Assembly: GCA_043819385.1 (NCBI GenBank)
Contig: JBDREW010000023.1
Coordinates: 1 to 49,959 of the forward strand
Length of the DNA stretch: 49,959 nucleotides
Direction: 5' to 3'
Source of the DNA: Candidatus Nealsonbacteria bacterium
Lineage (GTDB): Bacteria > Patescibacteriota > Minisyncoccia > Minisyncoccales > GWA2-38-27
Part shown: piece after piece, positions 1 through 8,170 of the stretch
How positions within the stretch are numbered: the stretch's first letter is position 1
Layout: each line of letters opens with the position of its first letter
Notes under the pieces: model-generated
What the model saw: the letters and a program-made list of their open reading frames with translations, nothing else
Database searches by the model: none
Told to the model about the DNA's origin: nothing
Position numbers and translations under genes: made by a program

Positions 1-23
1 TTATTTTTAAATTATAAGTTTAT

Positions 24-797
24 TTAATTTCTATCACGAAATTCTTCTTTTTTGGGAAGACACTGATTATCAAGACATATACATTCACTTATTGAAGTGC
101 TAATATCTTTTACAGTTGCTGTTGGAATATCACAATCCTGATAAAATTTATAATTTTTATTCCTGCATACTGATTTTTTAGCACATCCATCTATAGCAAG
201 ACCACAATCAGAGTCATTATCACATTGCCTACCACAACTTGAATTAAAATTACAAAATTCATTATCTTTATTAGCGCAATACAAAGCAAGAGAAGATGTT
301 TCATTAAGATTATTAATTTTCTTCAACTCACAAACAATTTTTTCATTACCATATTTTTTAATACTTTTCTTTCCTTCCATTATATCTGGATTATAATCAT
401 TACTTTCTAATCCTATTTCTTTTAAAAACATCTCCCAATCTTCAAATGTTTTTGCAATTTTCTCTGATTTCAATAAATCTGTATAATATATACCCTTACC
501 CGAAAAAGCTACTTCTCCCGATTCTACTTTCCATTCAACTGCCTGGTTAGGCATTACATTTAAATCTAATCCAATTATTTTATTTGCTTCTTTTAAAATC
601 CAATCCTCTGTTAAATCACAACTTTCTCCTTGTTTAATACATTTATTTTTAAAACCACACCAAGATTCTTGTTCTGATATAATACATCCATTTTCATCTA
701 TTTCTTGTTCTATTTCTTTAGGAGTCAAAAAATAAATTACTCCTACTAATATAACCAATATAATAATAACTAATACAATTATAATTTTTTTATTCAT
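24..797 (-). CDS. Cys-rich membrane-anchored/secreted hypothetical protein
   Basis: 257-aa ORF. N-terminal hydrophobic helix (IIIVLVIIILVILVGVIYFL) followed by a soluble part with 16 Cys. No catalytic motif recognised. Confidence 0.55.
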   Translation of the reverse strand: MNKKIIIVLVIIILVILVGVIYFLTPKEIEQEIDENGCIISEQESWCGFKNKCIKQGESCDLTEDWILKEANKIIGLDLNVMPNQAVEWKVESGEVAFSGKGIYYTDLLKSEKIAKTFEDWEMFLKEIGLESNDYNPDIMEGKKSIKKYGNEKIVCELKKINNLNETSSLALYCANKDNEFCNFNSSCGRQCDNDSDCGLAIDGCAKKSVCRNKNYKFYQDCDIPTATVKDISTSISECICLDNQCLPKKEEFRDRN

Positions 798-893
798 AAT
801 TTTTAAAAATTAAAAATGAAAAACGAAAAGCTACAATTTAAAACTTAAAACACTCTTAAAATCATATTTAGTTTTTAATTCCCTCTCTCTGGT

Positions 894-937
894 GTCGGGT
901 CTTTCCCAACTTTTTTCCTCTCCCTTAAAGACCCGAC
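894..937. repeat. Variant copy of the GC-rich palindromic intergenic repeat family
   Basis: GTCGGGTCTTT (894-904) and AAAGACCCGAC (927-937) form an 11-bp inverted repeat around a CT-rich loop. It shares the CCCGACCTCT core with the copies at 18264, 24674 and elsewhere. Confidence 0.6.
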
Positions 938-1152
938 CTCTTTTTAACTTTCCTTTCTCTTTTTCAAATTTTAAATTATGATTTTACACTTTTCACTTTT
1001 AATTTTTCACTTTCATAATATCATTTACCAAATAAAAAATCAAATTTATTTTAATATAAAACTTGCTCAAAATGCTTAACTATTTTATATTATACTAACA
1101 AATAAAATTTTACTAATAAATTAATAATATAAATATAATAATACGAATAATC

Positions 1153-1178
1153 AAAAAACCCGCAAAAGCGGGTTTTTT
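1153..1178 (-). terminator. Rho-independent (bidirectional) terminator downstream of the 1200..3311 gene
   Basis: AAAAAA-CCCGC-AAAA-GCGGG-TTTTTT, a GC stem flanked by A and T runs, about 20 nt past the stop codon. Confidence 0.85.
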
Positions 1179-1199
1179 GATTCATACAATCAAACAAGA

Positions 1200-3311
1200 T
1201 TATTTTGGTATATACACTATGTCGGTTGCCCAACTATCAAGCCAATTTCCTGAAGTAGCACCTGCCAAACTGGCACCTTTACCATGACAATTTAATGTTG
1301 AAGCAACATCATAACAGATATCTTCTACATTAAATTGAACATTACCACCAAAAGAACCAACTCCATCAGCAGTATGAACAGTCATTTGAGCTGTTACTGT
1401 AACTGATTCACCATCATTAATATTCTGACCTATTCCTTTGCTTGATGTAACACTTTCAGCAACTGCTAATTGTGTACCACTAGCATAAATAGCATCACTT
1501 CCTGAACCTAACCAATAACCTTCAATTCTGACAAGCATACCACTAGTTACTATACCAGCAGCTGCACTTGTTCCATGACTAGCATAAGCTGGTTCCTGTA
1601 AGGTTCCACCAAATGGTTTTACTGTAAAGGTAATAGTTCCTGTTGCAGTACCAACACCTGATGTTTGACCTGATTGACTCCAAGAAGCTTTTCCGCTAAC
1701 AAATGTAAGCTCCAATCCTTCTTCTGCAATAAACACCATATTAGAAGCAATAGCAGCAGATGTTACAACACCAACTTGCTGACCATTTGCTCTTTGATGA
1801 ATACCACCTGCAACGTTTGCAGCTGTTGAAGCAGGATTAGTAAGAGTGAAAGCACCTCCAGCTGCAAAAACAGCATCTGATGCGGCCCAATCTGCTTTAA
1901 TCTTTAAATTCCTTGTCTGATTCGCATTAAAAGGAAAAATAAAGTTCTCAAATGTAGCAGCTCCATTTTCAGTTGCATTAGGAGTAGCTGATGTAATCAT
2001 TGTATCAGTATCTCCATCATATAAATAAAGAACTGATGGGGTTCTAGCAGCACTAGTATTTGATGCATAAGTAACTTCTAATCTTACTAAAGTAGTAGAT
2101 CCAGCTGTTGCTTTAGCATTCAAAGAAAGAAGGGTTTCTTTTGTTTGAACACCATTATTAGCATCTGCCTGAATATATCTTGTATTAGGATTATCAGTAG
2201 CAGCTGAAATTGTTAAAGTAGCAACACCTGGTTGCTGAACAGTCCAAACACGAGTAGTAGCTATAGAAGTATAAGAATTAATACCTGCACAATCAGTTCC
2301 TCTTACACCATTTGCTGCACTATAAAGACGTACAGTTGTTGTTCTGTTCTGATCAATAGTAGTAGTTGTATCCATTACTATAATAAGTTTTTCTTTTTCA
2401 CCATCAGCAACTTTGAAATCCAAACCAACTAATTGAGTGTACCAAACTGCGGCAGCATCCTGAGTAAATACAGGATTTGAGAATTTTTTTACAAGATTCT
2501 CATCTGAAACAGATCCTTTATAAATATAAAGTGCTGTTATAAAGTTTCCTGGATTTTCAGCTACAGCTGTAGTTGCATTAACTACTGCTACTTGAAAATC
2601 AACTCTACCAATATTTACGATAGAATTAACAGCTGTAACATCAAAACCATAAGCTGGAAGTCCAAGACCAGCATTAACAGTTCCTCCGGCTGGAGTTCCA
2701 GAAAGAGTTACTGTATATGAACCTTCTTCTCCATTACATGAAGATGATGCTGGGTCTGATTCACTACCACTATCAGTATCAGTATCAGTATCAGTATCAA
2801 CAATAACTGCTCTAAGAGTATTTAATGCTGAGTTCATTGCAGCCATAGTTGATGGGCCGAAATATCCTGTTCCTGCTACTAAGCCCAATGGGGCTAATAC
2901 TGTAGCAGCATGTTTTACTTGAAACTTAGAAACACCTCCTGCGGTTAAACCACCGTAGTACATTGTTTCCATTCCAGTAGAACCTACTCCTGACATAGCT
3001 ACTTGTGTAGCTGGATCAGTATTAAGCATTGCTTGAAGACACTGAACGTCAGCTCCTGTTGACCCACTAGATAAACTTCTTGTAAAAGCAGATACTGCTG
3101 CACATGCAGCTGGTACTGATCCACCAACAGAAACAGATCCTGTGCTTCCTCCAAGAGCAGTTAATTGAGCCAAAGCAGATGTTAATTGTGCTTGTAATGA
3201 CTGAATTTGAGCTTGAAGCTCTTCCATTGTTGCACCTTGAGCTGGACCAGGTCCTGCTATCATAGTTGCAACAGTTAATATTGTCGCGATTGAAATTATT
3301 TTTTTAATCAT
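1200..3311 (-). CDS. Secreted Ala/Gly/Thr/Ser-rich surface protein with a peptidoglycan-binding-like domain
   Basis: 703-aa ORF. Signal peptide MIKKIISIATILTVATMIAGPGPAQG, then a coiled-coil (QAQIQSLQAQLTSALAQL). The segment GADVQCLQAMLN...GYFGPSTMAAMNSAL resembles the PG_binding_1 pattern. A (TD)4 linker precedes a long beta-rich C-terminal part. G+C is visibly higher than in neighbouring genes. Confidence 0.75.
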   Translation of the reverse strand: MIKKIISIATILTVATMIAGPGPAQGATMEELQAQIQSLQAQLTSALAQLTALGGSTGSVSVGGSVPAACAAVSAFTRSLSSGSTGADVQCLQAMLNTDPATQVAMSGVGSTGMETMYYGGLTAGGVSKFQVKHAATVLAPLGLVAGTGYFGPSTMAAMNSALNTLRAVIVDTDTDTDTDSGSESDPASSSCNGEEGSYTVTLSGTPAGGTVNAGLGLPAYGFDVTAVNSIVNIGRVDFQVAVVNATTAVAENPGNFITALYIYKGSVSDENLVKKFSNPVFTQDAAAVWYTQLVGLDFKVADGEKEKLIIVMDTTTTIDQNRTTTVRLYSAANGVRGTDCAGINSYTSIATTRVWTVQQPGVATLTISAATDNPNTRYIQADANNGVQTKETLLSLNAKATAGSTTLVRLEVTYASNTSAARTPSVLYLYDGDTDTMITSATPNATENGAATFENFIFPFNANQTRNLKIKADWAASDAVFAAGGAFTLTNPASTAANVAGGIHQRANGQQVGVVTSAAIASNMVFIAEEGLELTFVSGKASWSQSGQTSGVGTATGTITFTVKPFGGTLQEPAYASHGTSAAAGIVTSGMLVRIEGYWLGSGSDAIYASGTQLAVAESVTSSKGIGQNINDGESVTVTAQMTVHTADGVGSFGGNVQFNVEDICYDVASTLNCHGKGASLAGATSGNWLDSWATDIVYIPK

Positions 3312-3431
3312 ATTTTTTAATAAATTTATTATTGTTATCTTTATAATTCATCTAGCCGTTGTCGACCAATTTCCCTTAATTTATATTTTAAGAAAAATTT
3401 TGAACTTTTAAATAATAAAATTTTTGCGTTA

Positions 3432-3447
3432 TCTGACAATTGTCAGA
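3432..3447. promoter_or_regulatory. Perfect 16-bp palindrome, candidate operator overlapping a -35-like TTGTCA upstream of the surface-protein gene
   Basis: TCTGACAATTGTCAGA. On the minus strand, TTGTCA is followed 16 nt later by TATTAT. The site lies about 120 nt upstream of the ATG at 3311. Confidence 0.35.
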
Positions 3448-3563
3448 ATCGGCGCCATTATTTAAAAAATCAAAATAAACGACCAATCAAATATTTTATT
3501 AATTAATTTTTATAATTATAGTTAAATTAAATATAATGTCAAGCTAAATAAACTAAATTATTT

Positions 3564-4295
3564 TTAAAATTGCTCTTCAACAGAATTTATTTCTAAGCTT
3601 TTCATTAAAGCTGATTCAAAATCTCCTTCTTTAACAAATTCATTTACTTTAACTAATAATTCAACTTGCGTTTCTGTTAAACTTTTTGTTTCTAAATCAT
3701 TAATATTATCTATAATTGTTTTTACTAAAACATAATCCAAATCTACATTTCTATCAATTTCTACTGCTAATGATTTTACTTTTTTCTCCTCTTCTACTAA
3801 TTTTTGGACTTCTTGAACAATTTCTTTAACTTTTTCATTATTTTCTTCTTTTGACAAACTACTAGCAACATCTGACATACTTTCCTTATATGCATTCATT
3901 GCTGGAGCAAGTTTTTTTGTTTTATTGCTTTCAGCTACTTTTGTTAAATCATCTAAACGTTTTTTTGCTTGTTCAAGTTTAAAATTTGTTTTTCCTTCTT
4001 TTGAAACAAAAATTCCCTTACTTTCTTCAATCGTTCTTTTAATAAAAAAAAGCTTATCTCCTGGTACAGATTGTTGAGCAAAACTAATAGTTCCAATAAA
4101 AACCAAACAGACAGCAAGAGTAAAAAAAACAAATTTATGGCTAAAAATAAATCTTATTGAATCAATAAATGTAGAAGAGGATTCTTTTTCATTAAAAGAA
4201 TCTAAAACCTTTGCTTTAGTAAAAACAACCCAATCTTTTCTGGGTGTTATTTTTTGAATCTCCTTAATTTTTGTGATAAGCTCATTTTCAGTCAT
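3564..4295 (-). CDS. Single-pass membrane protein, possible sigma-factor-associated (anti-sigma-like) partner
   Basis: 243-aa ORF. Short cytoplasmic N-terminus, one TM helix (FVFFTLAVCLVFIGTISFA), then a coiled-coil extracytoplasmic part. It lies last in the apparent sigma/HNH gene string. From memory it resembles the DUF5667-type proteins found next to sigma genes in CPR genomes. Confidence 0.5.
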   Translation of the reverse strand: MTENELITKIKEIQKITPRKDWVVFTKAKVLDSFNEKESSSTFIDSIRFIFSHKFVFFTLAVCLVFIGTISFAQQSVPGDKLFFIKRTIEESKGIFVSKEGKTNFKLEQAKKRLDDLTKVAESNKTKKLAPAMNAYKESMSDVASSLSKEENNEKVKEIVQEVQKLVEEEKKVKSLAVEIDRNVDLDYVLVKTIIDNINDLETKSLTETQVELLVKVNEFVKEGDFESALMKSLEINSVEEQF

Positions 4296-4383
4296 GTTTT
4301 TTAAAATTTAAAAATTAATAATTTTAATACTCCTTTTATATTAAGACGCAAAAAACCTTATCGTGTTACAGTTCTATCTTAAT

Positions 4384-5187
4384 CTATCCTATAAATTTAT
4401 TATTTTTTATAAAATTTGCGTGTTTTTCTAACGGCTGTAAATTTTCCAAAGCCCAACATTTTTTAAATTCTAAGTCATCTAGAAAAGTATATTTAAATAA
4501 ACTTCTTGGCTTAATATGATCGATATGCCAATAACTTCCATAATTATTCCAATTCATTTTTTCGTCAAACTTTCTTTCTATGTGTTTTATCAAATCAGCA
4601 AGAACATAGTCAACAAGAAGCTCCCAACGAAGACCTTTTTTATTCTTTTTTAAAGATTGATAAATAAGATTCCCCATATTGCAATCAAGACGATATTTAG
4701 GATTTTCCTTTCTCAATCGTTTATAATATTGATTCATATATTCTGAATTTTCTTTAATCCATCGTTTTTTCCTTTTCCTTCCGCTTTCTGGATTATTATT
4801 CTCCCATTGTTTTTTTACGCACTTTATACAAAATCCTTCTTTATTATATTTACTTCTAAATTTTATAAGAAACTTTATTCTACAATTTTTACAAATTTCT
4901 TTATATTCTTTTTTCTTTAATCTTAATTTCGTAGCCATAGATATAATAGATTTTTTTGCCCTATTGGGAAATTCTTTTAATAATTCTTTATTAGATCTGA
5001 TAGGATAGAATTCTTTCAATTTTTCTTTTTCCCTTTCTGTCCAAAAACACAACCCAGTATTAATTTCTTTTCTTTTCAATTCCCTAAGAACAGCATTATA
5101 ACTACATCCCTCATTTTTACTTATTTGACGAGAACTCTCTCCTTTCTCATACCTTTCTATTATATTTGTTTTAAATTGAGTTTTCAT
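4384..5187 (-). CDS. HNH endonuclease with N-terminal HTH and zinc-ribbon-like CxxC pairs
   Basis: 267-aa ORF. HNH core WHIDHIKPRSLF...ENLQPLEKHANFIKNNK. CKNC and CIKC pairs. N-terminal HTH-like segment SSRQISKNEGCSYNAVLREL. Confidence 0.75.
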   Translation of the reverse strand: MKTQFKTNIIERYEKGESSRQISKNEGCSYNAVLRELKRKEINTGLCFWTEREKEKLKEFYPIRSNKELLKEFPNRAKKSIISMATKLRLKKKEYKEICKNCRIKFLIKFRSKYNKEGFCIKCVKKQWENNNPESGRKRKKRWIKENSEYMNQYYKRLRKENPKYRLDCNMGNLIYQSLKKNKKGLRWELLVDYVLADLIKHIERKFDEKMNWNNYGSYWHIDHIKPRSLFKYTFLDDLEFKKCWALENLQPLEKHANFIKNNKFIG

Positions 5188-5197
5188 TTTATTGTAA

Positions 5198-5701
5198 TCA
5201 CACTATATTTATCTTTTCCTTAAGAGAACTTAATGCCCTATGAATCGTTACTCTTACAGCTCCTTCTGATTTTTTTGTCATATTAGCTATTTCAGAAATA
5301 GGTAAATCATCAATATAATACCAAGAAATCACATCTTGATAATCCTCTTTTAAATCAGCTAAAGCATTTTTAATCATGTTCATATCTGAACTAATTTCTG
5401 TATCCTGCTTTAAATCTACATTAGGATCAATAATTGAAACAGAATCAGCTGAAACAATTTGTACTTTCCCCTTTTCCCTATAATGATCAATTACTAAATT
5501 ACGAGCAATTCTATACAAAAATGCTTGAATATTTTCAATTTTATTCTGATCTTTCTTAAAAATCTCCCAACACTTCAAAAATGTTTCTGAACATAAATCC
5601 TCTGTAACATCTTGAGAGTTTACTTTTACATAAATAAACCTATAGATCTTATCTATATGCTCATCATATATTTTACTAAATTTTTTCTTTGGAGGTCTCA
5701 T
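5198..5701 (-). CDS. RNA polymerase sigma-70 family (ECF-type) sigma factor
   Basis: 167-aa ORF. Region-2-like YRFIYVKVNSQDVTEDLCSETFLKCW and region-4 HTH LPISEIANMTKKSEGAVRVTIHRALSSLKE. Confidence 0.85.
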   Translation of the reverse strand: MRPPKKKFSKIYDEHIDKIYRFIYVKVNSQDVTEDLCSETFLKCWEIFKKDQNKIENIQAFLYRIARNLVIDHYREKGKVQIVSADSVSIIDPNVDLKQDTEISSDMNMIKNALADLKEDYQDVISWYYIDDLPISEIANMTKKSEGAVRVTIHRALSSLKEKINIV

Positions 5702-5836
5702 TTTTTAAAATTCTTATTGTTTTTTGTTATTCTTATTATTTCTCGTTAAAACCCTTATTTTATACAATATACACTATATTTGTCCTAATATACACTATAT
5801 ACATAATATACATATATATGTATGTCCTACATAGAA

Positions 5837-5901
5837 TATAGAGGCAAGGCCTCTATACTGGTTTAAAACTTAGAATAGAATATAGAGGCCTTGCCTCTAT
5901 A
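5837..5901. repeat. Twin 9-bp-stem hairpins of the AGAATATAGAG..CTCTATACTG family
   Basis: TATAGAGGC-aag-GCCTCTATA (5837-5857) and TATAGAGGC-ctt-GCCTCTATA (5881-5901). The flanks are identical (AGAA..CTG) and the loops are complementary. A third family member lies inside comEC at 29468-29496. Confidence 0.8.
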
Positions 5902-5920
5902 CTGCTTTATTTATACTAAT

Positions 5921-6646
5921 TTATTGTATTAATTGATAAAAAGTATCATTCTTCTCCCCTATTCTCTTAATTAGACCTTGTTCTAATAATTGAACAAAAT
6001 CTCTTCTAATAGTTCGTTTAGAGACATTTGGAAAAATTTCACTTATTTGTCCTACCTGCATTTTTCCATTTTCTCCTAATATTTTTAAAATCTTTGATTT
6101 TCTATCATCTATTTCTTTCGGAATGTTTTTCTCTTTTTCTTTATCATCTTCTCTACCTTGATTATTTAATTTTTCTTTATTAAAAAAATTTTCAGCTTCA
6201 TATACAACAGAAATAGATTTACTTTCAATTTCTTCTATTTCTTCTATTTCTTCTATTGTTTCTATTATTTCTTTTTCTTCCTCCTCTTTATTTTCTTTTA
6301 ATTTCTCTTCTATCTCAACAAAATTTATTAGTTTATTATGAATCTTATCATATTCTGCTTCAATTTCCAATATATCAAAGAAACTTACCCAATTTTGCCA
6401 TTTAATTACTTGAAAATAGCTATTAATAACTTCTAAATTCTTTCTTATCTTAAAAACCAAATCTTTTTTATCATTATCTTTATCTTTATTATAATCAGAA
6501 CAAACTTCAAATATAATCAAATCTGTTAAAATATTGCTTGATATTTCTCTTGTTTTATACCTTAATGGCTCTTTTTTAGGAAATAACAAAGTCAATCTAT
6601 AAAGTTTATTAGTAAGTCCAATTATATCATTTTTTTGTATATCCAT
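5921..6646 (-). CDS. Putative transcriptional regulator with a C-terminal DeoR-like winged HTH
   Basis: 241-aa ORF. C-terminus GQISEIFPNVSKRTIRRDFVQLLEQGLIKRIG. The N-terminal helical part (LFPKKEPLRYKTREISSNILTDLI) looks four-helix-bundle-like. Acidic EIEEIEEIEEIE linker. Confidence 0.55.
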   Translation of the reverse strand: MDIQKNDIIGLTNKLYRLTLLFPKKEPLRYKTREISSNILTDLIIFEVCSDYNKDKDNDKKDLVFKIRKNLEVINSYFQVIKWQNWVSFFDILEIEAEYDKIHNKLINFVEIEEKLKENKEEEEKEIIETIEEIEEIEEIESKSISVVYEAENFFNKEKLNNQGREDDKEKEKNIPKEIDDRKSKILKILGENGKMQVGQISEIFPNVSKRTIRRDFVQLLEQGLIKRIGEKNDTFYQLIQ

Positions 6647-6753
6647 AATATATAATATATTATTTTAACATATTTACAATCTTTTTATATAGTAAATACT
6701 AAATATTAAAAAAGAGAGTAAATTAAAACCCTCCTTTAATAAATATTATTGCC

Positions 6754-7347
6754 TTAAGCGGGCTCAACAACTTCTTGATTAGTTTCTTCAACTATATTGT
6801 CTGAATCTATTTGTTCCTCATTTGAAACTTTCAATTCTTTTACATTATTACCTATTTCTTTAAGTTCTTGAACAATAAGGATAATTTCCTGCTTAACTTG
6901 CTCCAAAACCACTAATTTGTCTATTTCTTGCTCTATTTGTTTAGTTTTTTGAGCAATTACATTAATTGTTTGTTCTATCTCAGGTAAAGTTATCTCTTTT
7001 ACAGGTAGGACATCAACTTGATTTGTACTTATTACAGGTGTATTTTCTTTACTAACACCATTGATTTCTAAAGAAAGATTATCTAACTGATCAACTTGAT
7101 TAATTTCATCTTGTTCATCATTTAATTCATCTAAATTAACGTCAGTATAATTTAATTTTGATTCTTCAGTAATTGGACTATTTAATGTAATTCCAGCTTT
7201 TAATGGATTTAAATTAGATAAAACTGATTTTACCCAACCAAAATAATCTTTACCAATGTCAGACCTATTTAATAACGTACCAGTTCCAATAATAACTAAA
7301 AGAAGTCCGAAAATAAGAATTATTTTATTCACTGTTTTAAAATCCAT
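6754..7347 (-). CDS. Membrane-anchored acidic coiled-coil hypothetical protein
   Basis: 197-aa ORF. N-terminal TM helix (IILIFGLLLVIIGTGTLL) and an E/Q-rich helical remainder. Confidence 0.5.
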   Translation of the reverse strand: MDFKTVNKIILIFGLLLVIIGTGTLLNRSDIGKDYFGWVKSVLSNLNPLKAGITLNSPITEESKLNYTDVNLDELNDEQDEINQVDQLDNLSLEINGVSKENTPVISTNQVDVLPVKEITLPEIEQTINVIAQKTKQIEQEIDKLVVLEQVKQEIILIVQELKEIGNNVKELKVSNEEQIDSDNIVEETNQEVVEPA

Positions 7348-7512
7348 AATTATTTATTTTATTTAATTTAATATTAATATCTAATACCTAATTTTCTCAA
7401 ATATCAAAATATCAAAATATTAATCTATATTATAAAAACAAAGACCTAGTGTCAAGCCCTACATTTTTTATTTTTTCCTACTTAAAAATGTCCTAATTTA
7501 TAATAAAAATAT

Positions 7513-7528
7513 AAATCTGTGGAAAACT
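7513..7528 (-). promoter_or_regulatory. DnaA-box-like 16-mer (TTTTCCACA on the minus strand)
   Basis: AAATCTGTGGAAAACT. It fits the relaxed DnaA-box consensus TTWTNCACA. It is one of four near-identical sites (7513, 7890, 12835, 36801), all intergenic and in the same orientation. Confidence 0.45.
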
Positions 7529-7552
7529 ATTTAAAAATCTAAAAATAAATTA

Positions 7553-7584
7553 AAAAGAAGGGAGTAGTTTTATTACTCCCTTTT
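7553..7584 (-). terminator. Rho-independent terminator of the 61-aa gene
   Basis: On the minus strand, GGGAGTA-ataaaac-TACTCCC is followed by TTCTTTTT, 14 nt after the stop codon. Confidence 0.75.
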
Positions 7585-7597
7585 GATTTGACCGAAA

Positions 7598-7783
7598 CTA
7601 AGGAATATATTGATACTCATATTCAACAATTTGAGTATTAACATTCCATGCTATGCGACCATTGTTCCCATCTTCAAAAACAAAAACACCTGGCAAGAGA
7701 TGTCTTGAAATTGGAACAGGAAACCATCCATGTTCACTCAACTCAACTCTACTAATTTTTTTTCCTTGCATTCCGCGCTCCAT
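7598..7783 (-). CDS. Small (61 aa) hypothetical protein in its own transcription unit
   Basis: The ORF is bracketed by a TTGACA-17-TAAGAT promoter and an intrinsic terminator. No homology recognised. Confidence 0.45.
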   Translation of the reverse strand: MERGMQGKKISRVELSEHGWFPVPISRHLLPGVFVFEDGNNGRIAWNVNTQIVEYEYQYIP

Positions 7784-7853
7784 TTCTTTTCTTTTCCCTA
7801 TTGTTAAAGAACTATAATCTTGCCCTACAATGAGTAATTATCTCTATATTTAT

Positions 7854-7882
7854 ATCTTAATAGACATTTATTAATCTGTCAA
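7854..7882 (-). promoter_or_regulatory. Sigma-70-type promoter (TTGACA-17 nt-TAAGAT) for 7598..7783
   Basis: The reverse complement of 7877-7882 is TTGACA and of 7854-7859 is TAAGAT. The DnaA-box-like motif lies 12 nt upstream of the -35. Confidence 0.6.
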
Positions 7883-7889
7883 ACTTATC

Positions 7890-7905
7890 AAACCTGTGGA
7901 AAACT
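7890..7905 (-). promoter_or_regulatory. DnaA-box-like 16-mer
   Basis: AAACCTGTGGAAAACT (TTTTCCACA on the minus strand), directly upstream of the -35 of the 7598..7783 promoter. Confidence 0.45.
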
Positions 7906-7928
7906 TTTTTAAAATATTAAAATCAAAG

Positions 7929-7970
7929 GTATAAAATTAAAAGTATAAAATTAAAAGTATAAAATTAAAA
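7929..7970. repeat. Three tandem copies of an AT-rich 14-mer (GTATAAAATTAAAA)
   Basis: Three perfect tandem units read directly from the sequence. Confidence 0.9.
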
Positions 7971-7993
7971 AATAAAAAAATTATAGAATTCTA

Positions 7994-8033
7994 TTATGAC
8001 CAAAATCTCGCGATCGCGAGATTTTGGTCATAA
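7994..8033. repeat. Perfect 40-bp palindrome with a GC-rich centre
   Basis: TTATGACCAAAATCTCGCGA|TCGCGAGATTTTGGTCATAA, checked base by base. It lies downstream of the 8171..11878 gene and could act as a terminator or a protein-binding site. Confidence 0.9.
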
Positions 8034-8070
8034 CTGAAAGTAAAAAAGTTGAAAAAGAGATTGGAAAAGG

Positions 8071-8165
8071 GACGCTCCTCTTTTAAGACTAAAAAAACGT
8101 TCCTCTTTTAAGACTATAAAAAACGCTCCTCTTTTAAAACTAAAAAAACGCTTCTCTTTTAGCTA
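8071..8165. repeat. Four tandem ~26-bp repeats (ACGYTCCTCTTTTAAGACTAAAAAA)
   Basis: Copies at about 8071, 8097, 8123 and 8148, immediately 3' of the stop of the large secreted protein gene. On the minus strand each unit reads AAAAGAGGAGCGTTTTTT. Confidence 0.8.
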
Positions 8166-8170
8166 GGATT

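Noticed and set aside
2232-2432. Antisense or shadow ORFs inside longer genes (2232..2432, 8339..8680, 10027..10299, 10588..10785, 13820..14002, 17570..17761, 20050..20250, 20758..20964, 21753..21962, 23188..23469, 23914..24219, 32385..32603, 37163..37420, 37514..37837, 39573..39773, 39583..39801, 43878..44063, 48691..48978)
   Set aside because: Each lies within or against a longer ORF with clear homology or better support. Their products are low-complexity (F/L/I/S-rich), which is typical of the reverse frames of AT-rich genes.
7929-8165. CRISPR array
   Set aside because: The repeats here, and at 13847, 18030 and 30678, are strictly tandem with no unique spacers. No cas genes are in the window.
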